Source of the DNA: Lytechinus pictus | Lineage: Eukaryota | Assembly (NCBI RefSeq): GCF_037042905.1 | Contig: NC_087250.1 | Span: forward strand, 15,130,001 to 15,194,000 | DNA length: 64,000 bases | Direction: 5' to 3' | Shown: positions 10,830 to 22,800 of the stretch, piece by piece | Position numbering within the stretch: position 1 is the first letter of the stretch | Layout of the letters: each line of letters begins with the position of its first letter | The notes under the pieces: generated by a model | Told to the model about the DNA's origin: nothing | Seen by the model: the letters and a program-made list of their open reading frames with translations, nothing else | Database searches by the model: none | Program-made: the position numbers and the translations under genes

Positions 10830-13800
10830 CTAAAGGAATGACAAACCAAAACAGAGAGGGCTCATTTAAACAAAATCCTCACAGTGAAAAGCTGTATCAA
10901 TTTCAGACCATAGAGGAATAATCCCCAAGACCCCTACCAGAACCCAACAAAGTTATTTTTGGTGGAAACTAACGTTATATGAGTATCAAATTTGTGGACA
11001 GTAATTCTGGTCAGAAATATGTAATTGTTCAGTCAATAACTTTCAATATAATATGTGTATTAGGTAGGGAAATAAAGCCCAAAGTAGACTTGACATTATA
11101 TGCACCTATCTCTATTCTTTATTCTCTTTTGATAGTGCGTTATTGTGACAGCCTGGGGCAGTAAGGTTACAAGACGTTCGTCTAGGTCTTTAGCACTCTT
11201 TATACGTTGCTAGGCATGAGAACAAAGGGTTGGGACATCAAGTCACCAAACTCCTTGAGAAAATATGCCCCAAATTTCATAACTTTATAAACAAGACTTA
11301 ATGTGACCAGCTTAATTCCATGTTCCATTACCATTCCCCAAGTTCAGAGTTGGAATACGAGTCAAGATTTCTGGGAAACCTACCTCCGTTCCCAAGGCAT
11401 CATTTCTGCTGTGTTTTGTCTCTTGAGTTTAGACCTGAGTTCCTCTACCTCCTTCTTCCTCTGTAGACGATCAGTCTTGAATCCAGTCTTGATTCGGAAC
11501 TTGATATGCCCCGATTCAAGGTTCCAAGCAATGAAGTGATCCCTCGTCTCAGATAGCCTGATTAACAAAGAGAAATGTCTTGATTTAGATTACTTATTCA
11601 AAAGGATTTACAAGTGAAACAAAACCAAGCTATCCCTCAAAATAGAAGAGAGCTGTCCTTATGTCGATGAAAAGTAGTGAACAAATTCCTGGCAGATCTT
11701 TCACGCAAGGGAGATTGAAGTTCAGTTATTGCTTTATTGTATACATAGTCTAGGTGATTGGTGAAAAAAATGTTCAGAAAATGGTACAAGCATGAAAATT
11801 TGCACAAAGGTAGAGTAAGTTATTCTAATCATTTTTAGCAGGGGGTGCCAACGTGAGTTTACCAAATATAGCAACAGTTACTAGGTAACATATTTAGTAA
11901 CTAAGCTTAATTGGGCTTGAGGAACAGTTTCACAGGCAACATGTCACATGAATTTTAGTCTAAAGTATATTTCTTTGTATCACAGCAGTATTGATCCATT
12001 TATTCATAGCAACGGTTGTTAAGGGACCTTTTTCGATAGCAAAAATTGTTTATCATAGTTCAGATTATTATAATTTACTCAGAAGAGCTCAAATGAGTGC
12101 TTGCATGGATACCATTTTATCCCTTGCTAACAGTAGTCGGTCGCTTGAAAGGCCTTGGTTTTATCCCTCCCTTCCGTAGCCTGTAATGAAGATCATATAT
12201 GTTCTCCATGCTGTTCCCGGACCTAATGCTATGTGCAGGAGTTGATTGGCTTGTCAGTTCCGTCTCTTGGATCAATCCTGCGCAGCTCTGGGATCTATCA
12301 TGAAGCGAAAGATCTTGCCAGAGTTGATTTAGACCTGTCAGTTCCATTTCGAGGCATGATGGCCTGGATCCTGCAGCTATATGATTGATCTATGACGACT
12401 CAATCCTGCAGAAGTTGATTTGGACCTGTCCTGTTTCCAGGTGTTTTGACCTGGATCAGTCCTTGCAGCTCCAGGATTCAACACGTCAAAGATCTTGCAA
12501 GAGTTGATTTGGACCAGTCCGGTCTGTTTCAGGTGTGTTGGCCTGGATCCTGCAGCAGTATGATTGATCTATCACAACTAAATCCTGCCAAAGTTGATGT
12601 GGACCTGTCTGTTCTGTTTCCAGATGTTTTGACCTGGATCAATCCTGCAGCTCCAGGATTTATCATCATGTCAAGATCTCGCAAGAGTTGATTTGGACCA
12701 GTCAGTTCTGTTTTAGGTGTGTTGGCCTGGATCCTGCAGCTCCGTGATCTATCATGACTTGAAAGCTCTTGCAGAAGTTGATTTTGATCTGTCAGTTCCA
12801 ATTGCAGGTGTTTTGACTGGGATCCTGCAGCTTCAAGATCTATCATGACTTAAAAGATCTTGCAGGACTATGCGCAGCTGACTTTGTCACATAAATGTGA
12901 AGCACTTGTAATATCAGGTTGGCTGGACGTGATCCATACTCGCTTCCGCAGCCCCTGTTCGCACTGCTTTCTATTTTCCAACCATACTTTTCGATGATCT
13001 GGTACAATATACAATATTGCAGTCTACTGCTTCATCTTAATGATTTATAGGATGCGGCATTAGTAATTAGTGTCAATAAGGCCTACAGAGATTTTCATTT
13101 TTTTTTCTCTCAAAAGATTGTGTTGTATAATCACCAAATGTACTGCTGCGTTATATATTCACAAGTAGTGCACGTAGAGTCAACGATGATTGGGACTGTT
13201 TCAGGTCTACTGAACATGCTATACAGAGCACATACAGTCAATGATGCTTTAAGCTGTTTCAGGTTTACTGTACATGTTATTTAAGTCAGTGAATAATATC
13301 AAAACCTTACTGACAAGTAAGTGTGTGGGCATTACTCGACATTACATCCCAATGAAGCTTTGTCATTTGGGAGCGGTTAGTTCATATAAATCAAATTTCA
13401 GCTTCCCTATGCCCTCATATGCAAAGTTCAGTGTCTTTCCCAGCGTCCCAGGCTACATCCACTACAATACCCTGTCTTATTTTCATAACAGGAGAGATCC
13501 TATTAATTGCTTAATAGTAAGCAATTTTAATGACCCAGTAATTATTTCTTTCTGTGTGTTAGCTGTGTCATGTATGAGTAAAAAGTATGAAGAAAAATAA
13601 TGAAATTATGTACACCGAAATTAGGTTTGTTACCTATAGACGATTATTAGGCAGATAATTTTTTAGAAAGCATCTGAACTGGTGATTGCTAAGGTCAATA
13701 AGTTACCTAGCAACTGTTGCTATATGAGGAGAGATCAGGTTGGCACCCCCTGCTAAAAATGTTCAGCACCATTTACTCTACCTGTCAGCAAAATGTCATG

Positions 13801-16800
13801 CTTGTACCATAATCTGAACAATTCTTGCTATATTTTGCACCGATCATCTAGACTTATATACTTTCACATCAGAAAAGTGTTGTTCGTTTCAGCATATATA
13901 TTTTTTGTCCGAGTGTATGAATTTTGCTGTACTCCTCATGATATGACAGTAAGAAATTTTAATACACCAACATCCAACGAGCATAGCATGTCTAGAGTAA
14001 ATTCTAATCTTTACACTCTTTGTCTGTGTGAAATAGAGCCAGCCGCAGAACATGGTGAATCTAGTCTTGCTACTTCAGACTATGCATTATGCAAAATGCG
14101 AATTGCAAAAGCCAAGGGTCTGTGCCTGCAGACTAGTAACCAGCTAAGAGGGAGAGGACAGTCTACACATGTATCATAAAAAAATCAACAGAATCCTTTC
14201 AGTGAATTTTCAAAGAAACTTGAAAATCAACAGAATCCTTTCTGATCAGTGAATTTTCAAAGAAACTTGAACTATAACTCTCACCCTAGTAGGAGCTCCC
14301 CATCAAGCAATCTGTATTCATGTGCTGGTGAGGGGACTATGAATACTCCAGTCAGCTTTCTGATGTACTTCTTGGTGCCCAGATCATACATGAATACTGT
14401 CTGAAAAACCTGTCATGGATTAAAGATACTGGTTATTAATGATTATATTTCAACAAATATCATTGATTGCAATAAGTGGATCTAGCCGAACTAGACACAA
14501 TAGTTCAGGGGATCAAACGATGTGCATTTGGCCCCTGAAATGGCATTGCATCTTAGTTCTAACCAGGCTAGTAAGCCACTCATTGCATTACTACCATTTT
14601 GGAGGGTCCATAACATTAAGGTGACAATTCTTCCTACGATGAAAATTTCTCGCATAAGAATTTCAATGCATTCTACAATCCCATTTCCTTCTTCGCACAC
14701 TTTTTGTGGCAGCAGTGGGATTGAATTGCTATTATTGGTATTCCTCTAATAATCCATATGATTAGCAAGATGATTAAACTATGTGGAATACAATCAGGAT
14801 GATAAAATGGAGGTGATTTGTAGTTGTTATATATAAGTTAGTGCTTTAGTTCATAATGACAAAAACTGTGAGATCCGCAACAGCCAGATTCGGGATCCTA
14901 CTTGAGATTTTTTTTACACAATGGGATGAAAACAAATATCTGCAGATTCTATACCTTTATATTACATGTTCAAACAATTGACCCTACAACAAATAAGTGA
15001 AAACTGTCTCTACCTCATATGGAATATCCTAACAAATGATGATATAACTATCAAGACTTTATAAGTAAACCTGCAATTAGATACTGACCTGTGATGGCTT
15101 CTCACTGACACTGGACATTCCAAGATCTGACAGGATGACAACCTTGTGGTTCCTGATGAGAACGATGTCATGAGAATCGACAAGCCCTCGCTCGATTCTC
15201 ACTGCATTTCCTGCACACTTCCCCTTGACAACATTCCACACACTCAGCGGGCCGTTCTTGACTGACTTGGCGACGACGTAACGAGGGTTGTCGATCATGG
15301 GGACGAGACCGGTCACGCCAAGGTTCTTCTTGGACCTGTTTGCATTCTCGTCCCGCTCGTTGACTTTCTTGCTGATATTCCAGATGCGAAGGGATTTGCT
15401 GGATTGTGATGCGGTCAGGCAATATAACAGATCCATGCATGCACCAAGCTTGGACATCTATAGAGAATACAAAATGAACATTGAGGCATTGACAGTAACC
15501 AGTGTTGTGCTGTTGCAGAAACTACCCAATTAAAACCAAAAGCGATGCAGGTTGGATTGATATACAGAGAAGAAATGAGGCTCTAACTTTTTGTTATGGT
15601 CAGTTAAGTATCTTCCCACTGGCTATATTATAGGCAATTATGCGAATAGGGGGTCGCAGAAAGATATTTCCTAGATTTGATAATATAACATGCTTGTCCA
15701 ATTAGTAAATTCTCATAATATAGAGGGGGGCACCCCCACCCTCGATCCACCCTGCATTCAGATTAGCACGGTTACCCTAATCAGGTGTTTGAGCATTCAA
15801 GGAATCTAGCCATTCACTACACCTGGGTAGAGAGTGGCAAATAGAGTAAAGAGGATGAGCCTACCTGTGCATGCTTTGCTAGATGTTTATGGTCTTCGGT
15901 TTCTAGATTCCACACTGCCAGTGTTGTTGTGTTTGTATGTGGGTTGGGACAGACAGAGACAGCATGAGACCCGAGACGATTGACGTACAACTCATTCACA
16001 ATGTCTGTTGTGCAACCTGATAAACCAGAGAATGGAGGAGGAAATATATTTTCAATTTATCACAAACAGCAAATGCAAATATAGATCATCCTGTGCAGAC
16101 AGATAAAGATAGGGCCCGTCTTACAAAGAGTTGCGATTGATCTGATCTATTGCAACTTTGTTCAAAATAATTACTAGAAATGATGTATATTCATACATTA
16201 TCTGTTTTCTTGACAATTCAGTATGCTTCTATTTGTTTTCAAAGGACATGAAACAAATCTCCCAAAGAAAAAAGTATGACATTGTTGGATTTCCATAGTT
16301 ACGATTGATCTGATCAATCGTAACTCTTCGTAAGACGGGGCCCAGATATGCAAGAGGAAGGTATTGATGCAAGAAAATATGTGTGATCAATTGCAAACAT
16401 TTATTGAAAATATAAACTTGTATAACCTGGTAAAGCAGAGGAATAGAAGAGGAATGCTGTGATGCAAGAAAGTATTTGCGATAAATTGCAAACATCAATT
16501 ACAAATATAGATCAACTTGGGCAAACTGATAAAGCAGAGATGAGGAGGAATGCTGTGATGCAAGAAAGAATTTGCGATAAATTGCAAACATCAATTACAA
16601 ATATAGATCAACTTGGGCAAACTGGTAAAACAGAGATGGAAGAGGAATGGAATGGTGTGTCGAATAATTTGTGATCATTTGTAAACATTCATTGCAAATA
16701 TAGATCAATTTTAACTCAAGCACTCCAATATTTCACTTCTTGACTCAAGAATCAGACCTGCACTCAATTTAAATCTTGCAGATAAATTCACTTATGATTA

Positions 16801-19800
16801 GTATAGGAAACCAGAAATTGACTTGCAATTGAATGAAAGTCATTTTAACTGCCAATCCTTAGTATATTGAAACATGATAAGTTATTTGTATCGTAATCAA
16901 TGATGCAGTACATCTTGGGCAAGATTTTCCCCAGATCATAAAAACACTATTAATACCACAAGCATATATTTTGTATCTTGAACTGTGTACTTAATAGGTC
17001 CAAAGTGCATTGAACTGCTTACCATCTTGGAAAGAAGTGCATATTATTCCCAGTATAATTTTTCCTAAGTGATTTTCAAACTATAGCAAAGAACTGCTTG
17101 GATTTTGAAAAATGGAAAGTTTCAAGCCCTAAGTATTCAAAAATTGTCTGACCCAGTATACCTATACAGGGGCCGCGGAACCGGGGGGGGGGGGGGGGTC
17201 CCCCCACTTTTTTCCAAAACCGTGTACAAAAACGTAAAATTTACCATATGATTGTGATTTTTAGCATGGTCAGCCCCCCCACTTTTGGCTCAGCCCCCCC
17301 ACTTTGAAAACCGTTCCGCGGCCCCTGCTATATACCCCAAAACAACATTTGTTACCTGTTACTGCCCGAAGGTAGGCCCCATTCTTGATATCAAACAGCT
17401 CTAGCTGATGGATCTCTGAAACCTTCTGGAACATATACCGGCACGCCATCACATAGTAATCCTTGGAAACCCCTAGGGCTGTGATTGAGGCTGAAGGCTT
17501 GGGAGGGGACAGCTTGTGGACCTATCCAGAGAGAAGAAATTGTACAAAAATTTGGAAGATTTAGATATTTCAATCTCAAGCAGAGTTGAGACATAAAATG
17601 GAATATTTGTATGAATTGTTGATGAACTCAATCACACAATAACCAGTCATAACCTTAAAGGACAAGTCCACCCCCAACAGAAAATTGACTTGAATAATAA
17701 GAGAAAAATCCAACAATCATAACGTTGCAAATTTCATCGAAATTGATCAACTATGAATGGACACCTGCCAAGCTCAGGGCTGTTTCTTTACGAGCCATCC
17801 AGGACGATCTACAGAGCGCCCTCACTGTTCATCCTGATGACTTAGAACTACGACTGATGAGTAGCACTCTTCATCTATCAACTAATGCTTTACTCAAGGT
17901 AATAAGAATTTAAGAATTCGCAAACCCAAAGTTGAGGAATTTGTGATATTGTTAGTAATTGACGATATGACCTATGTCACATTTTCAATATTTAATCAAT
18001 AGTTGATAATTACATTTACAGGAAGCACGACTGTTATTATGTTTACCTATCAGTCCAACTTTCTTTAGAAAGAAATACAAAATGATAAAGATTTCCTAAG
18101 TAGTTATCTCAATTTCACCATACCAAGACAACTTCTATTGCAATTCAGGGTGATGAGGGAATGTTTTTTTTACAAATGATTTTTATGTAATCTTTACTAT
18201 AAATCAAAATGGGAAATGTATTTCTGAGCTTCTAAATAGATCTGATTAAAGTTAACCTTATTTCAAACTTTTTCCACCTAAAGGAACATTATCACAGGAT
18301 GGAATTCTCATTTCCGCCAGTAAACAGGAAAAAGTAAGGTTTTAGAAAGCTGAGTAATTTACAGATTTAATAACCACTCAATTAAAATCAAGACGTAATT
18401 TGAAATTCAATCAAATAATGATGGAAAAAAGAGTAGGTACTAGCTGTATCAATTTGGACATACAAAAAAACTGACAGTGCTTTTTCACAAATGTTTAAAA
18501 TTGACAAATATGCAGCTCCTCAATAGATGTGAACAAAGACTTACCTTGTTCCCTGTTCGCGCATTCACCACAGAAGCTGTATTGCTGCTCCTGTATGCAT
18601 AGAGCACCCTCTCACCGAAAGGACTAAAGGAAACACTCAAAGACTCATCCTTGTGTATGCCATGTCCCCCGATGTCAACCTCCACCAAAGACTTGACGCT
18701 TTCGCCCGAGACATCCCAAGTCCGCATGACATTTGACCCCGTGAACAGCGCCACCACCAGGTCATCATTTTCACTGGCGGTTGTGATGACGGGCGGGTCG
18801 ATGTACTGGGTGACCTCCAGGAGGCAGGTGCAGTTGCTGAAGGTGTTGAACTTGATACGACTGGACTCCACCGTGACGGCAATGGTGTCATTCTTGCAGA
18901 GCCTGATTGATGATATCTGAAGAGTGACAGTAAACCATTCAGTTATTAATGTCCAGGTAATCTTGCATAAGTTGAATATTACTCAAAATCAAAGAATTAC
19001 TTTTTAGACCATGGCCCACTTTATAAAGATTAAGAACTATTGTGAAGTTGACATTATATTGTAACTTCCATGGAAATTTGAATGTGAAAGGCTGCTAAGC
19101 CTCATTCAAAAAAAGAAATATGCATCTGTTTTTAATAGCAATTTTTTCCTGGCATCTCAACACTTTAATATGAGCTGACAATGGGCAATTGGAAACATTC
19201 CGAGATTGAGCTAGCACCACATGATGGCGCCTCAACACATTAAGATATTGGCGAAGCTCACCTCTTTTCCTACTCCTTCTATGGTCTTCAAGACCTTCCT
19301 GTTCTTCAAATCCCACAGCTTCACCGACCCATCCCGCGAAGCCGTAGCGGCCACTGCCATGGTCAACCTTGACACCGTCACCGCAGTGATGACCTCCGTG
19401 TGACCTGCCAGGAGGTCGTAGAGCACGCCCCCAGGCTGGGCTAGGCAAGATACAGAGGGAATAAGAGCAGGGGTGGATGACCGCTGCGCTTGGTTGAGCA
19501 TGGAAGCAATAGTAGGGTACTTCTTAGGGTCCCCAATTGACATGGGTTTGTCGTTGGTGATGATGTTAAGGAGCCGGCCAACCATTTGGGAGGCAAGTTG
19601 GTTGGGATCCTATAAAGCAACAGAAAAATAACCATGAAAATCAAACTTAATAATGACATTTACAGTTTTAAGTTATATAATGTCATGCACTAATAAAATG
19701 TCCTAGGAATGTACAGACAAAGTTTGCCATGTATGAATTCATAAGAAATGGAGTAAGGTTTTGTTACGTAGTGTTGGATCGATTGCACTTTACTTTTCAA

Positions 19801-22800
19801 CCAGCAATAATGAAGACACATGATGAGATAAAGAATGCATTTCAAAATATATATTGAGTATTAAACTCTTAGCTAAATCTGACTGGAGTTCAGACATAAA
19901 TCCCTTTTTATAATAGCTATAAAACCTTTCATTCCTTGGCCTGGTCAGCATAGACCTTGGCCAAAGCAATCATCACTTTACTCTGAATCAAGAAGTGGAC
20001 CCTTTTAGGGGAGAAGATGTGAATAAGATACCCATCAAGTGATAGAGCATCATTGATTTAGCTGGAAGAAGAATGAGTAATACTTTCTAAAGAAAGTTGG
20101 ACTGATGGGTAAACATAATACCAGTCGTGCTTCCTGTAAATGTAATTATCAACTATTGATTAGATATTGAAAATGTGACATAAGTCGTATCATCAATTAC
20201 TAACAATGTCAAGCATTTCTCAACTATGGGTTCGCGAATTCTTAAATTCTTATTACCTTGAGTAAAGCATTAGTTGATAGATGAAGAGTGCTACTCATCA
20301 GTCGTAGTTCTAAGTCATCAGGATGAACCGTGAGGGTGCTCTGCAGATCGTCCTGGATGGCTCGTAAAGAAACAGCCCTGAGCTTGGCAAGTGTCCATTC
20401 ATAGTTGATCAAGACCTCTGACTTCAGTTTGTCGAGTTGGCTGGCATGTAGAAGATGATGAGGAAGTTCATTGAGTTTCCGCATGTTGTATTCCTTTACA
20501 GACACGCCTGTTTAGCAAATGAAAGCGGGGATTAGGTTTTAGTGGAATCCAAGCTTGGTCATAAAAAGTTGTGTTGAAAAGAGAAAAATAAGAAAAACAG
20601 AATGGTGAAAGTTTGAGAGAAATCATACAAGCAATCAGAAAGATATGGCTACTTTAAAAGGGCAATTGGACAATATTCCCATATGCAATGTACTTAATTA
20701 TCAGGAATTTGTGGTTTTATCCCATGTAGCTATTCCCCTGGGGGCCTGTAATCAAAGTATAACCCAGGTGGCATATTGTTTTATGTCCTCATGAAAGAAA
20801 AATATAATCTCAAGTAAAACTTTTGAAAAAAAAAATTACATTTTCGCCATTTTATGTATTGGAGTACATGGAAGAGTATTCCTTGCCTTACATCTGGTCT
20901 TTAAACATCTATGATTACAGATTTATTAAACTAAAAGTTTCGATTTTTTTGTGTGTCTAATACGTACTTCTCACTCTAAATCTTATATCAACACTCTGTC
21001 CGGACCAGTGGTCAACTATCAATTTGGTATAATTGATCGGTACTTCAATACTGACTTTGACATAGAAGGTTTTGTCTATTTTGTTTTACATCTGATGATC
21101 AAATTCCTTACTGCTGTAAACCTTATCCCCCTGCTGTATATTAGAAAAGAAACATGCAAAACAAATGGTCTCCTATAACTAAACCGCTGAGTGGAATTTC
21201 TAGAACTACTTATAAAGTTAGACCATGTTTAAAACTAGGCTTTCACATTATTATTACATGGTTGCACCGCTCTGCATCATAAGTCATTAGTCCAAACCAC
21301 TAAAGTGGTGTTACTCTTTTAATTTCAATTGGATATAAATCATTATACAGCACGGACTTTCATTTGATATTGGAAAGATTGAAGAATATATTAGAAAGCC
21401 ATTACTTACCCCTTATATAAGGCCGGCCTTTAGTGATCAAAAAGCAAGCATGAAGAAAACGGCAGAAGAGGTCAACAGCAAAGCAACAGCGTAAATAAAA
21501 TATTATTTGAAAAATAGACCAAAACAGAGTAAAAACCAGAAATTTTGTAACATGACACCTTAATCACTAAAACCCCACTATATATGAATCTTAAATGAGG
21601 CTTTCATAAGAACAGTTATTAGAAATGTCATTTGAACAAACGTTTCTGGATTTCACATAAATGCAAGCAACATGGTTAGTTCATATAAATGGTAGTTGTT
21701 CAGCAAACATATTTTTTAATGGAAATTTGTTGATTGAAGAATGCAAAAGCAGATATTATTTTTTAAATGCATTTTCACCTCAACAGAAAAGAAGAAGAAA
21801 AATGTTAATGAAATAGTTAATATTGTAAATAGATGGGATCATACAATTTAAAATGTTAGCTTTTGAATTTGACGAAGCAGTTTCAGATAAGACAGAACTT
21901 TTTTTTGATAGAACGTTCAGATATAGTGAATAAGTAAGATGTTTTATGATGAAGATAGCTTTAGAATACTTATACTTGTTTTGCATCAACATGGAAAGAA
22001 TTGTTTCAGATTGAAAATAATAGAAAATGGGACAGGAAAAAGTCTATGAGGATCTTTTGGAATAATAAGTTTAAAAAAAGCAATAAAGTCTATGTAACTG
22101 CCTGAAGGTGATTTTGAAGTTGGAACAAATACCGGTAAGCTATATATTTATGCACTGCCCTTTGCATTGAAAAAAGCGTTTCAGTAAAGCAGGGGGGCAA
22201 TTTCATGTTCAGTGTTATAAAAAGCTGGTTAATTATGATTGAGACAAATTAGCACTATCAAACACACCAACAAAATGTTGGGGCTAGGATTATCTTAATC
22301 ACACTCCAAACATCAACACTCACATTCACACCCTTTTTCACCTCACTCACAAGTTTGTAGGTTTAATTTTTAAAAGCTATTGGGAACGGAACGCCATAAC
22401 TAAAAATTTTAACACATCACATTCTCTGCAATCTCAGCAAAGGCATTCTTGGCATGATTAAAGAGCAAAGCAATCAATCAGTAATTTAACTTCAAACTCC
22501 TTCATACCTGATGGTTTAATTCTGGTCATCAGAAGCGGATGAGGGTTGATGAAGCGATCCGCCCCACCCTCGTTGCCAGGATACGGTTTCTTCCGGTCCG
22601 CCCACTTCCCCATGAAGTATTCTCCCAGAGCACTGTGATATGAGGGCGCTTTATCCTTTTGATTTAGATATCTGCACAGATTAATTGATACATATTGTAA
22701 AATAACCAAAGACCTCAATCATCATTATGATCGAAGGCTCCATAGAATCTTTTGAAGCTTATGATGTTGTGATGTAAGTCAGGGGCACATCAAGAATTCA

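Noticed and set aside
17725..17913. Plus-strand ORF resembling the NWD exon as a second gene
   Set aside because: A partial inverted duplicate lacking its own acceptor and any neighbouring exons.
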